A stretch of DNA of 64,000 nucleotides from contig NC_092353.1 of assembly GCF_963676685.1 (NCBI RefSeq), positions 39,804,001 through 39,868,000 on the forward strand, in the 5' to 3' direction. The notes beneath the pieces are model-generated. The model was not told the DNA's origin. It ran no database searches and was given only the letters and a program-made list of their open reading frames with translations. The stretch comes from Mytilus edulis. Lineage: Eukaryota. How positions within the stretch are numbered: position 1 is the stretch's first letter; every line of letters begins with the position of its first letter. Positions 1 through 13,614 of the stretch are shown piece by piece. The position numbers and the translations under genes were made by a program.

Positions 1-751
1 TTGAGGACGTGTATGGTCTCCGGTTAGTTTGAAAGCCTGACAACCATAGAGCAGATTTTCTTTTATTATTGTAGTGCAATATATTGATAAATAAAAAAGA
101 CAATGTGGTATGATTGCCAATGAGACAACTATCCACAAAAGACCAAAATGACACAGACATTAATAACTCATACATCACTAAATCAGATATGATAAGAGTA
201 CTAACAAACATAACTAAAATGAGTAAAGTGCTACAGGTATATTTATATCAACAATTTGACAATTTTAATATAAAACATCACAAGGAAAATATGATCACTC
301 ATTGTACGTCGAAATGTGTTTGATTTTACTTTAGTCGGCCGCCGTGTATCTTGAGATATATAATTAATCAAACAACACTTGACAAAGTAGTTTGAACTCT
401 TTTTAAATATTACACTAGTGATGACGTTCGGCTACTTTGGCACTAAGTATTACGTTTTTTTTATCTTGTTTCACCGATTCAAACGGAGGACAAGGCTATC
501 CTAATATTGAACCTTTTATTTGTTAATGTTAAAATCCCGTGATCGAAACGTCGGACCAATGGGATGTTGGACCATTTAGGTGTCGGAATATTGCGATATC
601 AGAATATTATAGCTTCATTTTAACTTGTAATCTCATCATTCTTATCAATCAACATATCCATACAAAGACAACTTCCTTGGCATGGGCATATATCAGTACA
701 GCAGAGGTTTTGCTCAAAGCGGACACAAGATCTACTATATACAGATTGAAT

Positions 752-1085
752 TAAAAATTTGGAATAGACATGAGGGATTTGTCAAAGAGACACCAACCCG
801 CTAAAAAACAGGCAACGGCCAAAAACCACCAATGGGTCGTCAATGCAGCAAGAAACTCCCAAACCCGGAGGCGTTCTTCAGCTGGCCCCTAAACAAAAAT
901 GTACTACTTTGAAATGATAATGGACGTCATACTAAGCTTCGAAATATACTCAAGAAGTTAAAATAAAAAATCATACAAAACTAAGGAAGGCACGATGCTC
1001 CTGACTTGGGACAGGCGCAAAATTGCGGCGGGGTTAAACATGTTTTTGAAAATCTCAACCCTCCCCCTATACCTATACCAATGCG
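752..1085. repeat. Diverged copy of the same dispersed repeat, opposite orientation
   Basis: Reverse-complement similarity to 32110-32435 (gtcaaagagaca, cttcagctggcccctaaacaaa, ctcctgacttgggacaggcgcaaaa, ggggttaaacatgttt). Confidence 0.7.
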
Positions 1086-1299
1086 TGAACAGATCAAATC
1101 TTGTAGAAAGTTAGATGACATCATACCGGACCGATGTTGCCTTTTAGCCAACAAAAGTCATACGGAGATCTTTTATTGTTTCTGTAGTTAGGACGACATT
1201 GTCTTGAATTAAATTTTAACCCCCAGAAGAAAAATAATGCAATGTAGAATGTATGCCCTATTTTCATTGTTTCTAATCTCCTGATCAGTCAAACTTGTT

Positions 1300-2480
1300 A
1301 ATAGCTATCAAAGGTGTGTCCATAAATACGGTGCATTTGTAGTGATAAACCTAAATGAAAAAGAGGAAAAAAATATTTATAGACAATATACATTCTACTA
1401 AAGCCATACATCTAAGAACTTTGTCAATACGAATATCATACGCTTCATTAACTGCCGCAGATGTGCCATCATCCAAAAGACAACACAGAAATGTTTTTAA
1501 AGCAGGTGGCATAATTTCAATTGAATAATCCAGTGAAATGTTTTTAGATAATGGATATTTATCTGATTGGATTACAACTTTACCCTATATCTGCTTCCTT
1601 AAAGTAACTGCACTAAGTGCTTGCAACCAGTTTCGCAGTCACTGCGCAGATCTTTAAATTTTACAGACCGAATATTACAGTCATTTTAAACGGGTAATTT
1701 TCCGTCATTACGGCATTAGACAAAATTATAGAGCCACTGTATACAATATTGGATGTACCTTGGCCTTGTTGAAGCTGTATACATGTAACTATAAATTGAC
1801 CATGGTTTTTTAGTTTTTGTTGAAGCTGATAATATGTTGTGTAGTTTTCTCGGCGGCGATCCTCGGGCAGAAATTAAGCCCGGTTAACTGATCAAGTAAT
1901 TAAAGTTGTTAACCAGAATACTTCCTTGTGTACAGGCACGTCATCTTTAATCGTCAAAATGTTAGTAAAAGCTGTTTTATGTTCAGAATAAAATAAATAG
2001 CTATTTAATTTCTGATTTCAAATTTTGTAGCAAATATTTAGCGATGCAACCTCGATGGTATAAAGATTTAATAGTAAAATTATCATGAGTTATTTTGTAA
2101 ATCAGATCATTGTAGGAGATATATGTAGTAACACTCAATACAGCTTAAGTTTGCTCCTCAGAGGATACCTTATGAAGTTGTGTAACTTGCTTATAGGCTT
2201 TATACATTTGCAAAATATACAAACAGACAAATCAGAATGAGTTGTAGATCTACTGTCCGCGTTTATATATGAGAAGATCTACTGGTCGGTAGAATTGGTA
2301 CATGTAGTACAAAGTCTTTGTACAGACAAAACAGAAGTTGATAGGTTGTGCTTACTTTTGAAATATGTACAGCAACTCTGATGATATTTTGTATTTTCAA
2401 ATGGGATGTTTTCATTTTTTTCATATTCATCGACCAGTCTTCTGTAAACTTTCATCTTTTCGTTTTCCCACTGCGGCAAT
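1300..2480 (-). mobile_element. Degenerate remnant of a large DNA-transposon-like ORF
   Basis: Broken minus-strand frames KYHQSCCTYFKSKHNL (2279-2479) and SAVTLRKQI*...KYPLSKNISLDYS...PPALKTFLCCLLD...RCMALVECILS (1381-1620) resemble uncharacterised invertebrate transposon proteins; family not determined. Confidence 0.4.
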
Positions 2481-5400
2481 ACAACTGTATCTTCATTTAA
2501 GTGTTAATAACTACATAGTTTCTATGTAGTAAATATATGACAGACTATGCATCTGTGTCAATAAATGGATAGTTTTTTTTGTTTTTTAGCAAAGGAAGAG
2601 TTTCATTGTGAACTGGACTGTGAAAATTTGACACGACTCGGAAGTTTTTCTACAATTTTCCGATACGATTCCTTATTTAGAAAGGGGTGAATTCTACAGA
2701 ACTCAAAAACTATGCTTTACTTTGATTTGATCATTATTTCGGACGATTTTATATCTATTTAAGCTACACTGAAGTTAAAGATAGAAATAGAACCGTTTAA
2801 ATATGATTTATCGTACTCTAATAGCACTATTAAGTACACGGAAATCGACTAATATATTCAGTAAAAAACGATAACGAAATAGATAAGGGATTCCTGAAAT
2901 TATAGTGATTTTACCCAACATCATAAAATTACAGAAATTCGTGATTTTAAGAAATGTTGAGATAAATTCTTGATCTTGAATGAAAAAACGATAACTGATG
3001 AGTAATTTGGTGTGATCTAAAACGGATAGATTGCAAAAACATTTAATACAAATTTAATTGTAGATCTGGAAAGGTCGGGATTATGAAAATTTTCGTACAA
3101 AATGTCAAATATTTAGAAGGAATGCAAAAGCATGCGGACTTAGTTGTAAATATTGTTTTTCCTTATTTTAAGAATCTAATTCACTTAATTATTCTGTCTA
3201 AAAGAAGAGATACGACTAATTTCCTTTGCTTGAAAAACATGTCGTAATTTTATGATTTTCAACTAATTTCTGAAATAAACGTCAATTTTACAAAAACCGC
3301 ACCGTACGATTTTGTGACGACCGGGTAAAAATCAAAGTTTAATCATTATTCTTTCATTTGAAAAAACATTAGCCGTGTGTTAGGTGGGTGCATTAAAGTC
3401 ATTAAATAGACGTCTTTTTCAAATATTACACTCGCCTAATAGCTTATCAGCGGTATAGAGAAAAACTTTTCTGATCAACTCTGATCATCATCGAAAAATT
3501 ACTGTAAAGTATTTTGGGAAACACCAAAAAAATAATATGAGTACAAAAAAAAAGACAAGCCCTCTATCTGTATTGAAGCAATCCATGATTATTTTAGAAT
3601 CATGAATGCAAGTGATGAAGACGATTTAGATGATATTGATATAAATGCGCTATTTAATGGACCAATTTATAATGAACTTTTAAATGGAGTTATTTTTGTA
3701 CATATATTTGGCCAATATTTTTCTCGTTTGAATTGTTTGACATTTGTCATTATAGAGGCCTTTTATAGCTGACTATGCGGTATGGGCTTTGTTCATTGTT
3801 GAAGGCCGTACGGTGACATATAGTTGTTTATTTCAGTGTCATTTGGTCTCTTGTGGAGAGTTGGCAACCATAATACATCTTCATTTTTATCATTGTAGAA
3901 CAAGAGGTTGTGGATACTTGAAACACGATAATGGTCTTGGTACAGACAGAATACTATAGTAGTTTTTCAAAAACTCTCTATCATTGTGATATGTATTTAC
4001 ACTGAGTTTTTTGGTGTGATATTGCATGCAGGGATTATCCCAGGCATAGATAACCTTGTCCGTATTTGACACAACTTTTCTGGATTTTTTTGTCATAAAT
4101 GCTCTTCAACTTTGCACTTGTTTGTTTTTATTACTATGTTGATCTGAGCGTCCCTGGTAAGTCATATGTAGACGAGACGCTCGTCTGGCGTATTAATTAT
4201 TAGCCTGGTATCTATTTATTCCTGAAACTTGAAGAGCAGCACGATTACATCACAATGGACGAGGTTGTTGAAGACTTTTCTTATTTATGTGTAATCTTTA
4301 AATATAACGGTACTGTTTTAGGTACAAAAACAAACTTATTGACTAAATGCAAAAATCGATGCGTTTTATATATCGAATGGCTAAAAACGAAAACATTCCA
4401 ATAAATTTGCAACTGAAATGTTTTTATTCTTTGATACACTCAATTCTTTATGGTTTCGAGGTGAGGTCGAGAATTTGAAAATAATTCAACAGATGCGCTC
4501 GAAATTTTCCAAAAGAAGTATAAAAATTAGAAATACTGAACCTAAATTTGTGGTGTATGAAAAATTGGGAAAATTTCCTTTTCCAATCGAGTAAGGTATA
4601 GACTGATTTCAACGGTATATTACTGTTGCTTTTATTTATCAATACCACCGGACCAGAATCTCTGCTGGTAGACACTCTGTCCCCGAGGATTCTACAGTAG
4701 TCTAACAGCATGAAAAATAGTAGAATAAATAATAAGGTTGTAAACAGGATTTGTTTTTCTCAATCGATATATGACTTTTGAACAGCGGTATATTACTGTT
4801 GCTTTTATCTTTACCGGTGTAAAATAGTAAAAAAGCTCCGTCCAGCTAAGTACAGGCTGCTGCTTGAATCAAGAAATCACTGTTTTTATGTTTCAAAATT
4901 TCAAACACTGGGTTAGTATATCTTTTCACGAACCAGATTGCCTTTTGTGATAAAAAAAACTTGATCGAATATTTAGTGATCAGTTTTAACCTAATGGTTT
5001 GGTGATATAGCATATTCATCTCGAGGACAAAAGAATATTTGAAGGAACACAAATGGATCAGACTATCTGAACAGAAAATCTAATTCATCATAGATTCTAG
5101 TATTAAAATATTGCAATTGTGTCAGATGCGCGATTCGTCTACAAAAGACTCATCAGTAAGCTCGCATACAAATGAGAAAGGCTGTTAACAAGGACATCGG
5201 TCTTACGTATTCCAATCGAGACGGGATGTTGATAAAATGTACCTAGACCACGGAAAATACGTACTTTATGTCAGGAATGTGTTGATGATAAATTTTAAAT
5301 TTTATTATTTATGTCAGCATAATTCTATTGGTAATTATTGAAACCAATATCTACCCAGATATTATAATATTAATCAACAATTCATCAATTGTCCATACTA

Positions 5401-5598
5401 TTATGTAATAAGAAAGTCTATACATACGACTTTAATTTTGTAAAGAAAATGCTTGTTTATTCTAAAATATTTACAAATTTATTTCTATCCGTTTAAAAGT
5501 ACAGCATGCATTCTGCCTCATTTTATTGTTTGAGTGTTATACTTTTACCTCCTGTTAACATTTATGTGTGGGCGTTATCAATAAATCTTGATAATTGT

Positions 5599-6470
5599 AG
5601 ATTCAGATTCAATATTTTATTATAGTCTCACTACTTGCAATACATAAATATACAGTACATACAGAGTATATACACAATATAAAACAGACAATACACAGAT
5701 ATAAAATACACGTACCATTCTATTAAGAATTATGAGAGATTGTAAACCAATTTCTATATACAACTAGTTTAAATACATACGATTATTAAAATAATTTCAT
5801 TAAAAGAATATAAAAAGGTATTTTTTCTATTTAAAATATCAAAGCAGGTTTTGGCAACCATATCATAACAATTAATGTTCGTAAATAAATACACAAATTT
5901 ATCATCATCAGACAAATCATTAAAATTTACATTATATTTCATAGCTTCATTATATTAACAAAAGCGCAAATCTGCATATAAAGCGAATGATAATATTACA
6001 TGTTTTTCGTCTTCTATGTTATTATTACACATAAAACACACTCTTTCGTCTACATTTTTATTTTCATACCGCCCTGTTTCAATTCTTAATGCAGCTACTC
6101 CGCATCTAAATTTAGCAAAAGCACCTATATATCTATACGATAAATTTTTAGATAAATATAATTCACTTCCATAACTGTCTTTAAACAATTTATAAGTCCG
6201 CAATTTTTTGACAGTTTTCAATTTATTTATCAAATAAAACTTCTTCTATCTGCGTAATATTTTGTTTATACAATACATTCTTTAAATCTGTATACAAATC
6301 TAAATTACATTCTTCAAACTTAGACATAATCCTAAAACACCAATTTCTTCTCTTATTAAGAGATTACTGTAACACCATTTAAATATTCTATAATTTAATT
6401 TATCTGTGCACATTATGTTACATCTAGCCAAATGTCATAAAAGTCCACTGCTTAACACTTGAAAGTCTCG
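5599..6470 (-). mobile_element. 3' fragment of an L2/Crack/Daphne-like LINE
   Basis: ORF 5955-6233 KLRTYKLFK...FRCG...LRIETGRY...RVCFMC...EDEKHV is the typical C-terminal domain; ends in AATAAA plus a (GAATCT)2 tail. Present only upstream of copy 1. Confidence 0.75.
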
Positions 6471-7518
6471 TTAAAATATATTGTACACGATATACATTGC
6501 ACAATCCAAACATACATGTTATAATATGTCCGACAGTACCTCGTATATGTTATAATATGTACATATACAACATATTGCTTAAACATGATTTTAACTTCTA
6601 CACATTTTGAAAATAGAGATATGTTTCTATCATTGCAACATTATTTTGCATGTTATTAACCTCAATAATATTTTCATCATTTAGTTTTTATAATTTCTTT
6701 ATACCTTTTGTAACACGTACGCAGTCAAAAATACTTTTCAGTATTTTAAACTGATGGATTATAATGCTGAGTCTCCACTTTGAAGGCAATGTAAAATATC
6801 TGCACAATAGTTGACACTTATTAAGATAAAAGCAGATAGCTATGATTGAATTTACAATGAAATCCCTGATATGTCGAGGAAAATTTCTCAACAAACAATA
6901 CCCTGTTTTCAAAGTAGATGATATATATATAAAGAACATCAAATGTCATTCGCCTCATGTAATGTGATGTTATTAGTTATCAAAATCAATAATTTGATTC
7001 ATAATATTTACATGAGTTATGCTGGAGGCAAAACACGCTGAAGAGCAGATTCTACAATTCCAAAGGTATTCACAATTAGACATGATGCAGTAAAAACATT
7101 TTCTTTCTCTGGATTTTTATAGAGTATGCATAGGTGGCATTGCGATAATTTTTAGCATGCTTAACAAAATAGAAGGGAAGGGGTATTATCAAAAAGCATT
7201 GTTCTTAAAAAGTATAGACGAAATATCATTGTTCTTTGTTATTCAATAAATTTCAAATGTATATTCTGCTTTCCTTAAATTTATTTTATACAAGTTAAAC
7301 CCATATTAAGCAATATTTAGTACATGTTATAACACGTGTTCGTCAAACTGATAGCCGACGATAAATTACTAAATTCAAACTATAAACTGTGTTCAGCCGT
7401 AATTTAAAGTATCTCAAGCTTTTGTCCAGAGTCTTTAAATTTCAATTTTAAGTGTTTATAGGCGACTTAGAAATACACAAGTGTCATGCACAACGTGCAA
7501 GTTTCATTTTACACCATG

Positions 7519-7526
7519 TATAAAAA
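7519..7526 (+). promoter_or_regulatory. Putative TATA box of copy 1
   Basis: TATAAAAA 58 nt upstream of the ATG. Equivalent sites: 19564 (TATAAATA), 56374 (TATAAAAA), mutated to CATAAAAA at 31739. Confidence 0.55.
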
Positions 7527-7576
7527 GCTTAATATTTTAAAGTTTGTCACTAATCGGACATCTAGGAAAAAGAAAG

Positions 7577-10500
7577 ATGGGAGCCTTAGTACTTGCGTTT
7601 ACACTGATTGTAGCTGGTATGTTTTTGATAAAACTTGTTCAAACTATTGTTTCTAGTCTATTACATTTGTGTTGGTGCTTCATATATATGTTTGTTTATG
7701 TTACCTACCCGAATATATTCAAAAAGCTCTAAAATTAGGTCATTTCAGTCATTGATATCAACATATTTGATGGTATTTATTCATTTATAAAATAAGAAAA
7801 TACATTAAGGATGCGTCATTTTGCCTTTTGAAGTTGAATAAAGAAATAATTGTATCTTAGTGGAAGCGGGTAAATACATTTTTGGTGAATTGTATCTCAA
7901 GATTAATTATTTAAAGTGGGCTAAAATGAGAACAAGGCCACTTGTTGGTGTATTTGTATGTGATATGTTGCATATATAATTAATTTGTCTAACATTGTAT
8001 AAAGATATCCTGTTATCTCTACAAGCTACTTTTGGAATCAATTATTATTCAAAAAAATAAATTATAAACATTATTGATTTTACAAAAATGAGCAACAAAC
8101 TGTAAATTATCATTACGCGTTGTGTCTTTTTGGTTTGTCGTAAATAATCTATCGCATTTCTTACTCTTTATTTATTATTATAGCCTCTGCTGTTGACATA
8201 TGGCAACCGGCAAAAGAGCTGATAGAAAGTGTAGAAAGGGGAGACAAATGGCCGGTAAGCTTTCTTTTTTGTAAATAACTGGGTATAATTTTGTGGACAG
8301 TTGTTCCGTTGGCAATCATGCGACATCTATTTTTTTTAAATAAAGAAATATAAACAATTTTCCCTGTAGTTGGTTCACTCCGAGGGTCGAAGTCTAAAAA
8401 AGGTGTCACTTTCTTTATTGTTTATATAAAAATTGAAAGTCTTTTGAAGAATTGATCATGATGGGAAAAAACCAGGAATAATTGGCATTCCTCTTTGCAA
8501 CTGTTGGAATGGGGTTTAAAATTGGTTTTAAAAAGGACAAATACAAATAAAAAATCAAGAATAGAGAATAGGGGGGTGCTAAAACATAACGAAATAAGTA
8601 TAATGGGCAAACATGGAAAAGATAGATTAAAATTACCCTAAGAATGAGAAAGAATTTGGCACATAATTCCGCATTTTATAAAGTCCGGACAGAAAGGCAT
8701 ATAATATGTATGCACATGTTGACAACCCTATAAATTGTTATTATTATTATTATAAATTTTGATATTTTATTATTCTAGGTCGATGACAGTAAAGGGAAAA
8801 TCGTCGGTGGTGAAGATACAACAATTTCCCAGCACCCTCATCAAGTGTCCCTACAAAGAAGTAATAGCCATATTTGTGGAGGTGCCATTGTGAATGCTGA
8901 CTGGATTGTAACGGCTGCACATTGTGTCGACAGTTCTAGACCGTAAGTGAATAGATATATTGTGATAACACAAAAATTCTTAACTTAAATGCCCACATCA
9001 AGATCTACTAATATATGATTAAAGTAATGAAGAACTGAACATTGAATGACTGCAAGGCGGGTGGATGGTCAAATGCACTTTTTTCAGAAAAAAAGTAACA
9101 TCTCTATATCTGATTTAGCGCTTTCATTTTCAACATATTTCTGAGTATCGGTTTACACTAAATCTTTCTTGACATTCTTTTAAAACCGTTTCCAAACGGA
9201 TTATTTGGGTTTTTCGGTCTCCATGTCTTTTATTTTATTTTGTTTTGACATTGTTTTACAAGTAAATAAAAATCGATATTCAAGCCATGTTTTGTGGCGT
9301 TTTGGGAAGATAAAAAACTAATATACTAGTACAGCACAGCAAATGGATTATTTTGTGTTAAACGCCACATTGACACCATTGGCTATTTTTGGCGGTCAGT
9401 TTTTCATGATTGGTCGATTCCGGAGTGGGTTGAGGTAACCAACGATCAACACAACAGGCTTTATGGTTAATTTAGTGATAAGAAAGATGAAAATATGAAG
9501 TCAATTTGGAATTTATAGTGTCAAACCTTCTGAAGTAACCACTTGTATTTAGTAAAACCCTTTGTTATAAGACTATTAGTTGTAGGTCCCTTTGTAGTGT
9601 GTTTCATATAGTTTGAACGTGTAAAAGACCACCAGTCATATGAAACCACATTTTTCTCTCCCTTATTGCTGATGGATAATAAAACACATATTTTCTTTTT
9701 TCTCTGTATTCAGACAGGACTACAGGATACGAGCAGGATCTTCAGCTCATGCTAGTGGTGGGACTACGAGAAGTATAGAGCTCATCGTATCGGTAATATT
9801 CTGATCATTTATTCCTGTACATACAGGGTAATATATGTGTTTGTCTAGTATTGACAAAATTACATATCACCCTAAACACAGTTGTGTATCATTAGTTACA
9901 CAGTGATTTTATGACATTATACGAAACCACGCCTACTAATCCTATTTTAAATATACACGGTCTCCACGCGGTTGCTTTTAACCAATGATATTCCTAGAAA
10001 TTTATAGGAGGTAAGATACAAGCTTTTTATATTTTAGAGACTCGACAGATTTGTCTAACGTTAAATATAATTTACCGTTACATTATATTTTCAGAGTCGA
10101 CAATAATGTTTATAATTTTGATAACATACATAATAGTATTCAAATATAAGTAAACTTTAATTTTTCAGTACCAAAATGAAGAAGTAAGACAGCTTATTTT
10201 GTTCAATATAAACAGTATATATATACGACACTACAGTGAATCTAGGTAAACGGGGTTTCTGGTAAATAAATTATCCAAAATTGACAAAAATCACTAATAA
10301 CCTGATTTCCTCATTTATTACGTGTTCGGCATCACAGAAGCATAAACATTAACATGTAGAAGAACCGATATGTCATGATGGATTGTTTGGAAATAAGTCC
10401 GAATATAATCATCGGGCATAAGATATAAGCTATGACATCCCAAGTCATATACAATAAAATATAAGTCATTCTGAAATATAATTCATATATTGTCTGCATT

Positions 10501-13500
10501 CTGTTATGAAAACTAATAGGCAAAAACAATTATATTATGTAAATTTTCATCAATATACTGTTATAAGTCAGATGAAAGTAATGTCATACAGACATATCAA
10601 TGTCGAAGAAGGTAACCCTACTGGCTCTTGAGTTTACATAAAAGTCCTTTGTAATATATTAACGAGATATTTGATTTGTAAAACAGATTGTAGTACAAAC
10701 ATTTGGAAAGTAGACTGCAAAACAACTTACTGAAAAAACACACAATTTTGTGTTTAACAAGCATTATTACATTGCATTTTGGTATTGTGAAAAAAGCGAC
10801 ATGAAATATCCTTTTATATACTCTTTTTTTAGCACGAAAATTACAACTCAGGAGCTGGAACATTCCCAAATGACATTGCAATGATGAAAATGTCATCCAG
10901 TTTGTCATTAACCGGAAGTATTTCAGCCATTACTTTGGCAACAGGAAGTCCCGACGAGTTTGCTGGCCAGACATGTGAAATCACTGGATGGGGCAGAACT
11001 TGTGGAACATGTAAGTACATAACTAAAACAAAGTCTGGTAGAATTTGTGGAACATGTAAGTAAATAACTACAACACAGTCTGGCAAAACTTGTGGAACAT
11101 GTAAGTACATTACTGAAACAAAGTATGGCAGAACTTGTGAAACATGTAAGTAAATAACTAAAACAAAGTTTGGTAGAACTTGTGGAACATATAAGTAAAT
11201 AACTACAACACAGTCTGGCAAAGCTTGTGGAACATGTAAGTACATTACTGAAACAAAGTATGACAGAACATGTGGAACATGTAAGTAAATAACTAAAATA
11301 AAGTCTGGTAGAACTTGTGGAACATGTAAGTAAATAACTACAACACAGTCTGGCAAAACTTGTGGAACATGTCAGTACATTACTGAAACAAAGTGTGCCA
11401 GAACTTGTGGAACAGGTAAGTACATTACTAAAACAAAGTCTGGCAGAACTAGTAGAACTTGTGGAACATGTAAGTAAATAACTACAACACAGTCTGGCAA
11501 AACTTGTGGAACATGTCAGTACATTACTGAAACAAAGTGTCCCAGAACTTATGGAACATGTAAGGACATTACTAAAACAAAGTCTGGCAGAACTAGTAGA
11601 ACTTGTGGAACATGTAAGTTCATAAAACTAAAACAAAACATGGCAGAAAAATGTAAGTTCATACCTCAAACAAATTCTTGCAATACTTGTGGACCATATA
11701 AGTCTATGGTTCCTTTGAAAAGGTTCACATGATCCTAGTGAATATTCTTTGAATATATATCATAAAATGTATTGAATACTGCCAATTTTTAGAAAGCTAT
11801 GCAACTCATCTGTATGACTTTTCATCATAATGTTTTTCATATTATTAATTCAAGACCGTTTTTCTGGTGTTTTTTTCAGAACGATTATTTGCCATGTTAA
11901 GGGAGATAACTCAGACAATTTAATAATATAAAGGAATAAACAAGTAATTCATGGATTGTGTTTGCCGCAATAAAACACGTCCAGGAGATGTGCCACAAAT
12001 TTTCTTTTCATTTTCTCAAAGCATATCATAACAGCTATCTTTCCATACCTGATTTCAAAATTCTATTGTTAAGTTTCCTTTCAAGTCACACAAAAGCGGT
12101 TTTCAGTGTATAATCATTACAAAATCTTAAAATGTCACACCTTGTCTTAACAAGAGATCCGTTACTCATACTTTTAATTAGCGTTATATAAACTTTATTT
12201 TGTCAAAGAATGACAAAGTTTTATAGTTTTTAATTCCCCCCTCTCATCCATCGTAAATTAAAATATAGGTATATATCAGAGAGAATATGTGGTATGATTG
12301 CCAATGAGACAACTCTCCACAAGAGACCAAAAAAAAACACAGACATTAACAATAATAGGTCACCGTACAGGCTTCAACAATGAACAAAGCCTATACATGT
12401 ACAAAAAATGAACGAAAACAGAATGTGGCGCGGTTAAACATGCTAGCGGGATGCTAGCCCGCCGCTAACATGTGACAGTGGTGTAACCGTACAACATAAG
12501 AACAAACCATAAAAATCAGTTGAAAAAGGCTTAACACATCAGACGGAAACAAATAGAAACACATCTAACTAAAACAGAGTTGACGTATATTCTCTTTTTA
12601 TAAATATTGGGATGAAATTTAAACGTGTTATTCAAATTATGTAATATCCAAAGTTCTGTCTATTGAGTGGATTTAACCCTTGGAAAGTGTCGTTCCACCA
12701 ACAGCGCCATTAATCATTTCATATAATTATCAAAATATGGGACACTTATTTCGTAGTGTACAACATTTGTTCTGGGAATCCATACATTCGGTACCATATG
12801 AAGCCCAAAAGTTCGAGACGCTAAACATGGATACAATTTTAGAGAGTTCAAAACCAAATGGGACAAAACATAACATTTCAAAATTTTCATGGTCAACTTT
12901 TACCTGAGGAAGTAAGTTTGTTTATTGACAATTGCATGATTAAAAAAAATATAATTAATAATGTTTCTCTGGTACGCGTTATTTATGAAATTGTCAGTTT
13001 TTATTTTCCAGGCGGTTTACCCACTAATTTAAAAGCATTAAGCATGCAAGTGCTAAGAAACAGTGAGTGTAAAAACTATTGGACTGGCAACAACATACTT
13101 GACGGCCATATTTGTATATTCCAAGGAACTGGTTACGGTGCTTGCAATGTAAGTGATGCATATTCTTACATGGGTACTGATTAAGTTTCTGTATGAAGCT
13201 TTATATATATATATATATATTACAGCGTTTCATATTTGTTATGTGGATTAAATTGTTTCTTTACGAAGAAATTGTTCGCATGAAAGTTATAGGCTTTGAC
13301 ATTTATCAATATTCACCGTGTTGGATAAAAAAAAAAGCGCTTCGTGAGAAAATATTTAAGATATCAAGAGAGAAACATGAGTCATACGACATGTGTGTTC
13401 AGTATGTGTAGATGTTATATTATTTTTTATATAATGTATTTTTATTCGTCAGAAATCTAACATAAATATATATATATATATATACGGCAGTGTCGTCAAG

Positions 13501-13614
13501 GACATTGTTAAAACGTCGCCTGAAGATTGCCAGAAGGCATGAAAGTGCTAGTGACAATATTTTAACGAACTGTTATTATTTGATGTGAAATGTAGTTTGC
13601 AAATTTAAAAATAT

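Noticed and set aside
545-600. Three short tcgga/ttgga-cored repeats (gtcggaccaatgggatgttggaccatttaggtgtcggaat)
   Set aside because: Looks like a transposon subterminal repeat, but no partner end or TSD was found, so it is not annotated.
11011-11041. Idea that each unit forms a mini-intron (GT…AG) plus microexon
   Set aside because: The intron would be only about 31 nt with no polypyrimidine tract.
10841-11356. Minus-strand repetitive ORFs (…[15 protein letters not shown]…; also 23989-24450, 42483-42966, 61065-61478)
   Set aside because: Antisense reading of the 45-bp minisatellite; no independent gene evidence.
10992-11705. CRISPR-like appearance of the regular repeat array
   Set aside because: Eukaryotic intron context, no unique spacers (whole units are homologous), no cas genes.
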